DNA from: an uncultured Acidimicrobiia bacterium
GTDB lineage: Bacteria > Actinomycetota > Acidimicrobiia > Spongiisociales > UBA5794
Reading direction: 5' to 3'
NCBI GenBank assembly: GCA_963714375.1
Contig: CAVQOG010000006.1
Span: 223,603-287,602 of the forward strand
DNA length: 64,000 nt
The stretch's first letter is position 1, and every line of letters starts with the position of its first letter. This document shows positions 30,491 to 41,222 of the stretch, piece by piece. The translations under genes were made by a program, and so were the position numbers. The notes under the pieces were generated by a model. The model did not search any database. It had not been told where the DNA came from and was given only the letters and a program-made list of their open reading frames with translations.

Positions 30491-31671
30491 ATGCCGACGT
30501 CAGCGCCCGACCCGTCCACCCATGGTCTCTCGACTCGCTGTGTCCATGCCGGTGAACAGCTCGACAGCCAGGGCGGCATTCATGCTCCGCTCTACAACCA
30601 TTCCACGTTCGGGTTCCCCTCCACCGCCGCCATCCTCGATGTGGTTGAGGGACGGGTTGAGGGCAACCTGTCACGCGCTATGGGCTCAATCCCACGATCC
30701 GCTCCCTGGAGACCCGACTTGCGGATCTTGAGGGAGGTGAGGCTGCTTGGGCGTTCGCCTCCGGGATGGCCGCCGAGGCCGCCACCTTTCTCGCCCATGC
30801 CAGCGTCGGCGACAACATCGTGTGTATCGGCGACGTCTACGGCGGTACCTTCGAACTCCTGGCCGACAACCTGCCGACACTGGGAATCACCACGAGATTT
30901 CTGCTCGTCGACGAACTCGATCAACTGCCAGACGTGATCGACGACCGTACCCGGATCGTCTTCTTCGAGACCCCCACCAATCCAACACTCGAGGTGATCG
31001 ACATTTCCGCCGTTGCCCGGATTGCGAAGTCCGCTGGAGCGCTCACCGCGGTCGACTCGACCTTTGCGACGCCGGTCAACCAGAACCCCCTGGCGCTCGG
31101 CGCGGATCTTGTTGTCCACTCCGCCACGAAATACCTCGGCGGCCACAGCGACCTCACCGGCGGAGCAGTCATCGGTTCCGCTGAACTTCTCGAGCCGATC
31201 TGGACCTGGCGCAAGAACCTCGGCCAGATGATCGCCCCCGAGGTCGCCTCGCTGCTCTCGCGCAGTATCCGCACCCTGGTTGTGCGGGTGCAGGCGCAGA
31301 ACGCAACGGCGGAAGCGGTTGCAGCGTTCCTCGATGACCACCCCAAGGTCGTCCGCGTGAACCACCCGAGCCTGTCGAACCACCCGGGACACATCACGGC
31401 CAAGTCCCAGATGCGAGGGTATGGCGGAATGGTCAGCTTCGTCTTTGACGGCGACGCCTCGGTGGTGGTCGACCGACTCCGCATCTTCACCATCGCTGCC
31501 AGCCTCGGTGGGGTTGAAAGCCTGGTCACCCAGCCCGTCACAACTACCCATCACGGCATGACCCCCGAACAACGTGTACGGCGTGGGATCGTCGACGGGT
31601 TGGTCCGTCTTTCCATCGGCCTTGAGGACGTCGAGGATCTCATCTCCGACCTCGACTTCGCGCTCTCCTAA
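30491..31671 (+). pseudogene. Cystathionine gamma-synthase/gamma-lyase family PLP enzyme (MetB/MetC/MGL-like), frameshifted near 30671-30680
   Basis: The N-terminal frame reads …STRCVHAGE…STFGFPST…VEGRVEGNLSR. The downstream frame (shifted -1) reads TRYGLNPTIRSLETRLADLEGGEAAWAFASGMAA…SATKYLGGHSDLTGG… The join lies in a CGCGC stretch, consistent with an extra GC dinucleotide. GGAGGA SD before the ATG at 30491. Confidence 0.75.
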
Positions 31672-31688
31672 CCAACCAACGGTCTTGG

Positions 31689-32937
31689 TCAGGGTGGGAC
31701 GCCGTCTTGTTGACCGTTTGTGTCTTGGTGGGTGGCTCGGTGGTGGGTTCGGCATAACAGCACCATGTTGGTGAGGCTGGTTTTGCCTCCGTCGGCCCAG
31801 TGGATGATGTGGTGTGCGTCACACCATGATGGTGGGGCGTCGCACCCGTCCCACGTGCAGCCTTTGTCGCGTTGGTCAAGGGCCCGTCTGATGGCTGGGG
31901 TGACGGTTCTGGATCGTCGACCGACATCGAGTGGTTCACCCTCTGCGTCAAGGATCATCCGTATCACCCCTGAGTCACAGATGATGCGACGCACTCTGAG
32001 GGTCGAATCGCAAGCCCGTCGATGGTCGGGAGTTCCTCTTTGAGTCCAACGAGTGTCTCGAGTGACGTCGTGACTGTGATGTGGGGTTTCGACCCACCCG
32101 AGGTTCCTACGTCGTCACTGTGGGTGAGCCAGAACGAGGCGAGGTCGCCAAGGGCGTCGGCACGGCGTTGCCACGGATAGCGGTCATCACTGACCCGTCA
32201 CGGGACGCCGCAAGGTTCTCGCGATCGACAATGGAACGGATTGCGGTATCGACAAGGGATCCTGTTTCGGGGTCGAGTTCGCCACTGAGGTGCCACATCC
32301 CCTCCCAGGTCTGGGACATCGAGAACCGTCGACGCTGCCGTTGGTGCTTCACCTTTGCCACCGCCGACGGGTAGTCGACTTGTTGTTCCCAATACTCAAT
32401 CGCAACCCGAAGGTCTTTTGTGGACAGGTATTGAGCAATCTCGGCAAACACGACCTCATGGAGATCAAACTCGCACGGATGGCGACGTTTCGCATGGGTC
32501 AAAAGACGCACACCATCAGGCGTGATAGCCCCCACCGACGCAGCCTGAGCAATATCAGGCATGGTTGCCAACGTGCGGGCCGTGCGCACCATTGATGACG
32601 CAGCTGCCGACGTCAAACGCAGAGCCTGCCTGACCCACCCAACTGTTGACAACAGATGCCGCAGCGGGGCAAGTTCTCGTGCGTGATACTCACCAATTCG
32701 CAGCAACAGGTCAGCCTGGGCTGCATCAATATGGCGCTTGAGTGCAACGATCGATGCCTCAAGATCATCATCACTCGACAATGCAATACCAGATGCACTA
32801 TCAGTTGCAATGCCGGCTGCGATTTCAGTTGTGTTGTCTGTGTCGGCAGACTCTCCGGCCAACACCCCAATGCCACGCACCGAGATGCTGCCGTCCTCTC
32901 CGAAGACCCCGCCCGAAATGGGGGCTGGATTCTTCAT
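31689..32937 (-). pseudogene. DUF222 + HNH endonuclease (13E12-repeat-family-like), frameshifted near 32107-32116
   Basis: The upstream frame carries a DUF222-like region (…FDLHEVVFAEIAQYL…LDPETGSLVDTAIRSIV…). The downstream frame, shifted, carries …GEPLDVGRRSRTVTPAIRRALDQRDKGCTWDGCDAPPSWCDAHHIIHWADGGKTSLTNMVLLCRTHH (HNH). The two open frames overlap by only ~8 nt. Confidence 0.7.
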
Positions 32938-33088
32938 ACATCCATATTATCGAACATACGTTCGACTGTCAAGGGCCAAATCCGCATCATGTTTGCGCTG
33001 ATGAACTGATGGGCTCCACAGAGTGTTGCTCGTTGTGCCATGTGGATCTGCAAGTTCGTCGACACGTTCGAGTGAGTACGATTTGGGT

Positions 33089-34732
33089 ATGAAGAGTCTC
33101 GAGGTACCAAACCAGCCGCCCCCACTTGCGGACTACAACCTGTTTCGTACCGACCCCGTACTTGAATCGGCCGTTGTCAATGAAGGTGCTGGGTCGGTCA
33201 CCGAGACCCTCGATCTGTTCGGCGCACGGGTCGGAACCGCAGAGGTGATCGAGTGGGGCTATCTCGCAAACAGGAACACACCGATTCTCCACACCCATGA
33301 CCGGTACGGAAATCGGATCGACCAGGTGGAGTTCCATCCGGCGTGGCACTCACTCATGGACCTCGCCGTCACCCATGGGCTCCACAGTCTTCCGTGGGAG
33401 ACCGACGCCTCCGAGTTCGCTCACACGACCCGGATCGCGCTGATGTTCATGTCGTCACAGATCGAGGCCGGCCATTTCTGTCCCATCTCGATGACGACCT
33501 CTGTCGTACCGTCGCTGAAGATGACGGAATCCGTTGCCGATCTGTGGCTCCCCCGGATCACGACCCGATCGTACGACCCGACGTTTCGACCGGCCGACAT
33601 GAAGCATGGAGTCCTTCTGGGTATGGGGATGACCGAGAAGCAGGGAGGATCCGATGTGCGGGCCAACACCACCGAGGCGATCCCGGTCAGCGGAGGCGGG
33701 CCCGGTGGCGAATACCGGATCACGGGTCACAAATGGTTTGTTTCGGCCCCCATGTGTGATGCGTTCCTGATCCTGGCTCAGGCACCAGGCGGCCTGTCGT
33801 GTTTCCTCGTTCCCCGCTGGACACCTGATGGACAGGTCAACACCTTGCGTCTGATGCGTCTCAAGGACAAGGTCGGAAACCGATCAAATGCTTCAAGCGA
33901 GATCGAGTTCGAGGACACGTACGGCGAACTCGTCGGCTATGAGGGGCGTGGCATCCCAACGATCATCGAGATGGTCAACGGGACCCGCCTCGATTGCACG
34001 ATGGCCGGTGCTGCGCTGATGCGCCAGAGCCTCACCCAGGCGGCATGGCATGTCAAGTATCGTCACACGTTCGGTTCGGCCCTGATCGACAAGCCACTGA
34101 TGCAGAACGTCATTGCCGATCTTGAGGTCGAGACGGAGGTTGCAACGCTCATGATGATGCGACTGGCGGTTGCCTTTGATCGTGCAGTGATCGATCCTCA
34201 GGAAGCTGCCTTCAAACGGATTGCTCTCCCGATTGCGAAGTACTGGGTGACCAAACAGACCACCCCGGTCGTGCGTGAGGCCATGGAATGCCTCGGCGGG
34301 AACGGATACATCGAGGAGTCGATGATGCCACGGCTGTTCCGAGAGTCACCCTTGAACGCCATTTGGGAGGGTTCCGGCAACGTCATCGCTCTCGATCTCC
34401 TCCGTGCCGCCGCACGTGAACCTGACAGCGTCAAGGCGTTTTTCGTTGAACTCGAAGCATTCGACGACGCGAATGCCGATGTCAGGGCGGCCGTTGAACG
34501 GGCCAAGGACGCGCTCCACAACACCTCTGATCCAGAGGCGGAGGCTCGCATGACGGTGGAACTCCTCGCAAAGGCGTGGGCGGCAACCCTGATTGTCCGC
34601 CACGGGGACGAGGACCTCCTCGATGCGTACACGTCTTCCCGTCTGCGGGGCCAGCACGGCAGCCACTTCGGAACCCTCGCGACCGACCTCCCGATCGATA
34701 CATTGGCGAGACGAGCAGTCCCAGCCGTGTGA
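33089..34732 (+). CDS. Acyl-CoA dehydrogenase family protein (AidB-like)
   Basis: ~547 aa with an ACAD fold (…GMGMTEKQGGSDVRANTT…, …CLGGNGYIEE…), AidB-like length. Start at MKSLEV; the track start is 66 nt upstream. Confidence 0.8.
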   Translation: MKSLEVPNQPPPLADYNLFRTDPVLESAVVNEGAGSVTETLDLFGARVGTAEVIEWGYLANRNTPILHTHDRYGNRIDQVEFHPAWHSLMDLAVTHGLHSLPWETDASEFAHTTRIALMFMSSQIEAGHFCPISMTTSVVPSLKMTESVADLWLPRITTRSYDPTFRPADMKHGVLLGMGMTEKQGGSDVRANTTEAIPVSGGGPGGEYRITGHKWFVSAPMCDAFLILAQAPGGLSCFLVPRWTPDGQVNTLRLMRLKDKVGNRSNASSEIEFEDTYGELVGYEGRGIPTIIEMVNGTRLDCTMAGAALMRQSLTQAAWHVKYRHTFGSALIDKPLMQNVIADLEVETEVATLMMMRLAVAFDRAVIDPQEAAFKRIALPIAKYWVTKQTTPVVREAMECLGGNGYIEESMMPRLFRESPLNAIWEGSGNVIALDLLRAAAREPDSVKAFFVELEAFDDANADVRAAVERAKDALHNTSDPEAEARMTVELLAKAWAATLIVRHGDEDLLDAYTSSRLRGQHGSHFGTLATDLPIDTLARRAVPAV

Positions 34733-34865
34733 CCGTCGCTGGGCAGAACGCAGACCCCCACCCACGCAACGCTTGGCCGTCGGCTGTGGGTATCGGTCTT
34801 CCTTTTCCTCCTGGATCCCCCGTTTCAAGGACGCCGCATCGGCCAAGTGGGCCTACAATGCGCCG

Positions 34866-36536
34866 ATGTCACGACGATACGTAGCGAGTGATTCTCCGCT
34901 GCGTCTGATGACGAATCTGCGAGCGATGCGTCGGAGGGGGTATTCGCGGGACGACCTCGGTGCCGACGTCGGCGCTGGATTGATCCTCGGAGTGGTTGCC
35001 CTCCCACTCTCGATGGCACTTGCGATCGCCGCCGGAGCACCACCTGAGAACGGACTCTTCACCGCAATCGTCGGTGGTGCTGTCATAGCGGTGTTCGGTG
35101 GCTCGATGTTGTCGGTGTCAGGTCCCACGGCGGCATTCGTCATTCTTCTTGCACCCGTCACCGCGAAATATGGGCTGCAGGGCCTGTTGATCGCAACCCT
35201 CATGGCAGGATTCTTCCTCATTGCCATGGGCCTCATGCGTTTTGGTGGCCTCATCCAATTTGTCCCGTATCCCGTGACAGCAGGTTTCACCGCAGGAATC
35301 GCCCTCGTGATCGCCATTCTCCAGATCGGAGACTTTGTCGGCATCGGAACCCTGGAGGGCGAACGCATCTGGGATCGGCTGGCGTTTCTCGTCGACGCAC
35401 TTCCGGACATCAGGTGGCCGGATGTGATCGTCGGTCTGGTAACGCTTGCCGTGTTGATCGTCTTCCCACGATTCACACGGCGGATTCCCGTCCCACTGGT
35501 CGCGCTGTTGGGAGCATCCCTCCTTGGTCTTGCCTTGGCAGCGATGGGCGACGATGTGGTGACGATCAACACCCGCTTCGGCGGAATACCCGCTATTCCT
35601 CCGCTCCCAGGTCTGCCCTGGTCTGGTACGGGGGTGACCATGGAGATGGTGAAAAGCCTGATCCCCACCGCTGGCGCCATAGCTGCGCTCGGTGCTATCG
35701 AGTCGCTGCTGTGTGCCGTGGTCGCTGACGGCATGGCAGGGTCGAAATACGACCCGGACTCGGAACTCGTGGGCCTCGGGATCGGCAATATTGTCGCTCC
35801 GTTCTTCGGTGGCTTCGCCGCAACCGGAGCGATCGCCCGCACCGCCACTGGAATCCGATCCGGTTCCCGCACCCCCGTTGCCGTCGTCGTCCATTCGCTC
35901 TTCCTGCTCGTGTCCATTCTTCTTCTCGCTCGCCTTCTCGGATACATCCCGATGGCAGGGATGGCTGCACTACTCCTCGTCATCGCGTGGAATATGTCAG
36001 ACGCAGGATCCGTCGTGAGAATCGTGCGCACCGCACCTCGGAGCGACGTCATCATCCTTCTCGTGTGCTTCGGCCTCACGGTCGCGTTCGACATGGTGAT
36101 AGCGGTTGGTGTCGGCGTGCTGCTCGCTGCACTGCTCTTCATGCGCCGGATGGTCGAGATCTCTGGAGCAACTCTCATTGGCGGCGAACACGACCACGGC
36201 GTCCATGGTTTGCCTCCCGGCGTGATTTTCTATGACGTCGCAGGACCTCTGTTCTTCGGTGCAGCACAGAAAGCCCTCGACGCACTCACCATCATCGAAG
36301 GTGACATCCACACCGTGATCATCGACCTCGAGGACGTCCCAGCCATCGATGCCACCGGGCTCGCGGCTCTCAGCTCCAGCATCGAGCATCTCAACGCTGC
36401 CTCCATCAAGGTCGTGCTCGCCGGTGTCCAACCACAACCACAACGGGCATTCATGAAGGCGGGCATCGTCGATCGGCCTGGTCTACTCGAAATCACCGTG
36501 GACGTCGATTTGACCCTCGGACGTTTCACGATATGA
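34866..36536 (+). CDS. SulP family sulfate/anion permease with C-terminal STAS domain
   Basis: Multi-TM SulP core plus a STAS domain (…IIDLEDVPAIDATGLAALSS…). The track ORF's first 91 aa overlap the aidB-like gene and are rejected. Confidence 0.85.
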   Translation: MSRRYVASDSPLRLMTNLRAMRRRGYSRDDLGADVGAGLILGVVALPLSMALAIAAGAPPENGLFTAIVGGAVIAVFGGSMLSVSGPTAAFVILLAPVTAKYGLQGLLIATLMAGFFLIAMGLMRFGGLIQFVPYPVTAGFTAGIALVIAILQIGDFVGIGTLEGERIWDRLAFLVDALPDIRWPDVIVGLVTLAVLIVFPRFTRRIPVPLVALLGASLLGLALAAMGDDVVTINTRFGGIPAIPPLPGLPWSGTGVTMEMVKSLIPTAGAIAALGAIESLLCAVVADGMAGSKYDPDSELVGLGIGNIVAPFFGGFAATGAIARTATGIRSGSRTPVAVVVHSLFLLVSILLLARLLGYIPMAGMAALLLVIAWNMSDAGSVVRIVRTAPRSDVIILLVCFGLTVAFDMVIAVGVGVLLAALLFMRRMVEISGATLIGGEHDHGVHGLPPGVIFYDVAGPLFFGAAQKALDALTIIEGDIHTVIIDLEDVPAIDATGLAALSSSIEHLNAASIKVVLAGVQPQPQRAFMKAGIVDRPGLLEITVDVDLTLGRFTI

Positions 36537-36660
36537 CCGAGATGCTCTCGAACTCCTGATCCCTCCCGTTGATTCTACGAGCTGGGAATAGAACGTCCAT
36601 TACAGATGTTTTCTAAGCCTGAGTGACTCAAGTTTCGTAGGTCTTACAGAATCGAAGGAT

Positions 36661-38964
36661 ATGTCAGAGCAATCCACCAAAATCACGCTTCCGCTGTTCC
36701 CGTTGAGCAATGGTGTCGTCTTCCCTCACATGGTTGTCACCTTGCGCATGGAGACCGAGGAGGGAAAGCTTGCTCTCGCCGCCGCTCGGGCCGGCAACAG
36801 CGAACTGCTCCTGGTCCCAAGGGTCGATGGTCAGTTCGCAACCGTCGGAACGGTCGCCACCATCCAAGATGCAGACGACCAGGGCAACATTGTGATCTCG
36901 GGGATTTCCCGTGCCAGGGTGGGTACAGGTTCCACCGATGCCAACGGTGCACTTTGGGTCGAAGCGGAACCCATTTCAGAGCTCGATGTCATCAACGATC
37001 CTGTACTCGACGACTTGGTGGCCGAGTATCGGGCCGTCGTCACCGAAGTTCTCAACCTCCGGGGCATCGGTAGGATCGCTGACCAGATCCTCTCCGTGGA
37101 CAATCCTTCACAGCTTGCGGATCTCGCCGTCTACTCCCCCGACCTGTCCCTCGAACAGAAGGTCGAGGTACTCGAGACGCTGGATCTGCGAGCAAGGCTC
37201 GGGCGCCTCCTTGATTGGATGAAGGAAGTCCTTGCCGATCTCAATCTGCGCAAGAAGATTCGTGAGGATGCGACCGAACGCATTGACAAGGGTCAACGTG
37301 ACTACATCCTTCGCCAGCAGATGGAAGCCATCCGCAAGGAGCTTGGCGACGACGACGATGTTTCAGGTGAATACCGGAAGCGTCTCGAAGAACTCGACTT
37401 GCCAGAAAAAGCTACTGAGGCGATCACCCGGGAAATCGATCGTCTCGAGCGGATGAATGAGCAGTCACCGGAGCACTCTTGGATAAGGACTTGGCTTGAT
37501 ACGATGTTTGAGGTGCCGTGGGGGACGGAAACCGACGATCAGCTCGATCTCGACGAGGCATGGACCGTTTTGGATGCCGACCACACAGGGCTCCATGATG
37601 TCAAGGAACGCATAGTCGAACATCTTGCTGTCCGAAAGTTGCGCAAGACGCGAGGCATAGAGGGAGAGGAAGACCGCCGTGCCGGTGCGATCCTCCTTCT
37701 GGTCGGACCACCTGGGGTTGGAAAGACCTCACTCGGAGAGTCAATAGCGCGTGCTTTGGGACGCAAGTTCGTCCGTGTCGCCTTGGGTGGCGTTCGCGAT
37801 GAGGCCGAGATCCGTGGGCACCGACGCACCTACGTCGGTGCACGTCCCGGTCGTATCGTCAGAGCTCTCATCGAGGCCGAGACGATGAACCCGGTGTTCC
37901 TGTTGGACGAAATGGACAAAGTCGGGAACGACTGGCGGGGAGATCCATCCTCGGCTCTGCTTGAGGTTCTCGATCCTGCCCAGAACCACACGTTCCGCGA
38001 CCACTATCTCGAGACCGACCTCGACCTGTCCAACGTTCTCTTCATCGCGACAGCAAACGTGTTGGAAACGATCCCAGCACCGTTGCTCGATCGCACCGAA
38101 GTCATATCCATTGACGGATACACCGACGCAGAGAAGGTGGCAATCGCACGCGACCACCTCCTACCACGCCAACTCCGTGGAGCCGGTCTCGAGCCCGAGG
38201 AGCTGGCGGTCACCGACTTGGCATTGGCCACGGTGGTCGACCGGTATACGAGGGAGGCCGGTGTCCGGAGTCTTGAGCGGGAGCTCGGGAAGCTCGCCAG
38301 AAAGGTGGCAACACAGGTTGCGCGCACCTCCGAAGAAGCCCGGATCGTCGTCGACGATGAGCAGGTTTCGGACTATCTGGGTAAGCCGAAGGTCTGGAAA
38401 GATGAGGCGAAGGACCGCACAGACGTCCCGGGTGTAGCCACCGGCCTCGCTGTCACCGGTGCAGGAGGTGACGTCCTGTTCATCGAAGCAACATCCAAGG
38501 CGGGCGACAGGGACCTGATTCTCACGGGTCAGCTCGGTGATGTGATGAAGGAATCTGCCCGAATCGCCCTCTCATACCTTGAGTCGAGAGCGACGGAACT
38601 CAGCATCGAACCCGACCAGATCGACCGAAGTTTCCACCTTCACGTACCTGCCGGTGCCATTCCAAAGGACGGGCCCTCGGCAGGAATCACCATGACCACG
38701 GCACTGGCATCGCTCATGACAGGGCGCAAGGTGCGGGGTGAAGTCGGAATGACAGGCGAGGTCACGCTCCAGGGCAAGGTTCTACCAATCGGTGGATTGA
38801 AACAAAAAGTTCTGGCTGCACATCGCGCCGGACTCACCGAAGTGATCATCCCACGTCGAAACGAGGTGGACATCGATGATATCCCCGAAGCGATCCGCAA
38901 TGAAATGACGTTCCACGTCGCAGACGACATGGGCCAGGTCCTCGAGTGGGCCCTCGTGAAGTAG
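36661..38964 (+). CDS. lon: ATP-dependent protease Lon (LonA)
   Basis: LON N-domain, AAA+ Walker A GPPGVGKTSLG and the protease-domain catalytic Ser in …KDGPSAGITMTTAL…. Confidence 0.95.
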   Translation: MSEQSTKITLPLFPLSNGVVFPHMVVTLRMETEEGKLALAAARAGNSELLLVPRVDGQFATVGTVATIQDADDQGNIVISGISRARVGTGSTDANGALWVEAEPISELDVINDPVLDDLVAEYRAVVTEVLNLRGIGRIADQILSVDNPSQLADLAVYSPDLSLEQKVEVLETLDLRARLGRLLDWMKEVLADLNLRKKIREDATERIDKGQRDYILRQQMEAIRKELGDDDDVSGEYRKRLEELDLPEKATEAITREIDRLERMNEQSPEHSWIRTWLDTMFEVPWGTETDDQLDLDEAWTVLDADHTGLHDVKERIVEHLAVRKLRKTRGIEGEEDRRAGAILLLVGPPGVGKTSLGESIARALGRKFVRVALGGVRDEAEIRGHRRTYVGARPGRIVRALIEAETMNPVFLLDEMDKVGNDWRGDPSSALLEVLDPAQNHTFRDHYLETDLDLSNVLFIATANVLETIPAPLLDRTEVISIDGYTDAEKVAIARDHLLPRQLRGAGLEPEELAVTDLALATVVDRYTREAGVRSLERELGKLARKVATQVARTSEEARIVVDDEQVSDYLGKPKVWKDEAKDRTDVPGVATGLAVTGAGGDVLFIEATSKAGDRDLILTGQLGDVMKESARIALSYLESRATELSIEPDQIDRSFHLHVPAGAIPKDGPSAGITMTTALASLMTGRKVRGEVGMTGEVTLQGKVLPIGGLKQKVLAAHRAGLTEVIIPRRNEVDIDDIPEAIRNEMTFHVADDMGQVLEWALVK

Positions 38965-39017
38965 GCCGTTGCCTGGCAGATCTTCCTTCGTGAAACGGCG
39001 ACCGAATTTCTACGCCA

Positions 39018-39575
39018 TCACGAACAGCCGACCCGCGCCAACACCATGATTTCACAGAAGAACTCCGTGCTTACCTGCCACCCGTCGTCCGTCAGAACAG
39101 CCTCACCCTCGAGATCCGAAAACGTCGTATTCCCTGCGAACAGCAACGAGTAGACGACCCTGGCGTCGTTACCGTCGATTCCGACCCTGTCGGGCTGAAG
39201 CTCGATGCCGCCCATGCCGTCACCGGCGGCCGCGTACTTGCCGACAGTCTCTTCCAGACCGGTCGCATCTGTGATGAATGGCGCCTTCTCGTCGAAGCTC
39301 GTGGCACTGTCGAAGACAACGCCATACATGTCAACAATCGCGTCAACATCTGGATCCTCACCAGATACGACGGGTGATGTCTCAATCCCATCCGACGCCA
39401 CCGTCGTCGCAGTCGACGGAGCTGTTGTCGATGTTGCGGTCGTAGTCGGTGCCTCAGTGGTCGTGATTGCGGCTGCTTCCGTGGTCGTTGTCTCCGGTAC
39501 AGCGGCTTCCTCAGACGCGCTACAAGCCGCAGCCACAATGGCGATAAGAACCACCATCACAATCGATCGTTTCAT
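39018..39575 (-). CDS. Lipoprotein with Thr/Ala-rich linker (hypothetical)
   Basis: Signal peptide plus lipobox …IVAAACSAS…, then a TTTEAAAITTTEAPTTT linker and a globular C-terminal domain. Confidence 0.7.
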   Translation of the reverse strand: MKRSIVMVVLIAIVAAACSASEEAAVPETTTTEAAAITTTEAPTTTATSTTAPSTATTVASDGIETSPVVSGEDPDVDAIVDMYGVVFDSATSFDEKAPFITDATGLEETVGKYAAAGDGMGGIELQPDRVGIDGNDARVVYSLLFAGNTTFSDLEGEAVLTDDGWQVSTEFFCEIMVLARVGCS

Positions 39576-39966
39576 GCTCGACTCCAAACTTTCAGGGTCT
39601 TGGGGACATATGACGAAACACGTTGTACCAGCTTCCTCATCCGACAGCTTGTCGAAGAAAGAAGCACCATCAGAGTCCAGAATGCCCTTCCATGATCACG
39701 GACGCAGGAGTCCCGTGGGCCGGGAATCCGCGGGTATCGTCGTAGGATTTGGGAATGTCGCCCTACGAAGCTCAATGTCCTTCCTACTATTTGATCCAGT
39801 GGGCAAAGCCAACAGCTCTCATGGGGCGAGCGCTCAGGCATCGCCAAGCCGCTCGGGCCACTGCAGCCGAGCAGGTTGTTCTCACGACCGTTCGCTCACG
39901 GGTGGTCGGAGGGACGTGACCATCGGGCTCAACTCCGCGGATCAGGCAAGCCGCCCTCGGGCGTTG

Positions 39967-40620
39967 ATGTCGTGGAGTTCGGGAAAGGACAGTGCTTGGG
40001 CGTTGCACAACGTCCGCCAACGCGGTGATGTCGACGTGGTTGCGTTGCTGACCACATTCAATAGCGAGTTCGACCGGGTCTCGATGCATGGAGTGCGCCG
40101 CGCTCTGGTCGACATACAGGCGCAACAAATCGGACTCCCGGTGTGGTCGGTCGAACTCCCGTCGCCCTGCTCGAACGATGAGTATGAGCAACGTATCGCC
40201 AAGGTCATGGAACGCGCCCAAGACGCCGGGATTACGAGGATCGTGTTCGGCGACCTGTTCCTCGAAGACATACGCGCCTATCGGACCGAGAGACTTGCCG
40301 GGACCGGCATCGAGCCGATGTTCCCGATCTGGTGCGGCCCGTCGGGCACCTACGCACTCGCTGACGAGATGATCAAAGGTGGGCTCCGAACGGTGATTGC
40401 CACTGTTGATTCCCGTCAGCTGGATTCGTCCTTCGTCGGCAGGATCTTCGACACTGACCTACTCAACGACCTTCCTGCCGGAGTGGATCCCTTGGGTGAG
40501 AACGGCGAGTTCCACACCTTCTGCTACGACGCTCCGATCTTTCATCACCCGATCGACTACACGATCGGAAACACCGTTGAACGTGACGAGTTCATCTACA
40601 TCGACCTGCTCGCCAGATAG
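39967..40620 (+). CDS. PP-loop ATP pyrophosphatase (MJ0570/Dph6-like adenine nucleotide alpha-hydrolase)
   Basis: SWSSGKDS PP-loop at the N-terminus, ~217 aa. The track ORF's upstream 250 aa are antisense to the lipoprotein gene and are rejected. Confidence 0.7.
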   Translation: MSWSSGKDSAWALHNVRQRGDVDVVALLTTFNSEFDRVSMHGVRRALVDIQAQQIGLPVWSVELPSPCSNDEYEQRIAKVMERAQDAGITRIVFGDLFLEDIRAYRTERLAGTGIEPMFPIWCGPSGTYALADEMIKGGLRTVIATVDSRQLDSSFVGRIFDTDLLNDLPAGVDPLGENGEFHTFCYDAPIFHHPIDYTIGNTVERDEFIYIDLLAR

Positions 40621-40665
40621 CCACGAATACAATGAATCGGTGATTCTGAAGGTGGGAAGGACTTG

Positions 40666-40737
40666 TGGGCGATACTGGGATCGAACCAGTGACCTCTGCA
40701 GTGTGAATGCAGCGCTCTCCCGCTGAGCTAATCGCCC
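40666..40737 (-). tRNA. tRNA-Val (anticodon CAC)
   Basis: Minus-sense GGGCGATTAGCTCAGCGGGAGAGCGCTGCATTCACACTGCAGAGGTCACTGGTTCGATCCCAGTATCGCCCA. Cloverleaf with a 7-bp acceptor stem, D-loop AGCGGGAG, anticodon loop TTCACAC and T-loop TTCGATC; no encoded CCA. Confidence 0.9.
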
Positions 40738-40783
40738 CAGTGGATGGCCCACATGGTACGACGCATGGACTGTCAACGGCGAT

Positions 40784-41158
40784 GTGCTGCTCTACGATCC
40801 CACCATGAACATCGAGCAGTTTGAGGCCGAGGTCGACTCGGTGCTCGCGTCGCTTCCTCCGTGGGTGAACGCACAGATCGACAACTTGATTGTCGTGGTG
40901 GAACCACGGCCGTCGCGGGAGCAGAACCCGACGGGTGAAGGACTTCTCGGGCTGTACGAAGGCGTGTCCCTCGCCGACCGCGGTGTCGACTATTTCGCCT
41001 TCACACCCGATCAGATCACCGTGTTCTATCGGCCACACATGGATCTCAGCCTTTCTGACGAAGAACTTCGAGCAGAGATCCGAACGACGGTCCTGCATGA
41101 ATTGGCGCACCACCTCGGGATCGATGATGCCAGACTCCACGAACTCGGGTGGGGATGA
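40784..41158 (+). CDS. Zincin-like metallopeptidase family protein (DUF1025/Zincin_1-type)
   Basis: HELAHHLGIDD near the C-terminus; ~120 aa. Confidence 0.65.
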   Translation: MLLYDPTMNIEQFEAEVDSVLASLPPWVNAQIDNLIVVVEPRPSREQNPTGEGLLGLYEGVSLADRGVDYFAFTPDQITVFYRPHMDLSLSDEELRAEIRTTVLHELAHHLGIDDARLHELGWG

Positions 41159-41222
41159 CACGGTACTGAGCCTCTCCGTGCCCCCGTGTCGATCGGTACA
41201 ATGAGAGTCCCGACGCGAGAGG

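Noticed and set aside
38965-39017. GCCGTT-N24-AACGGC hairpin after lon
   Set aside because: The 24-nt loop and lack of a T-tract make an intrinsic terminator call unsafe.
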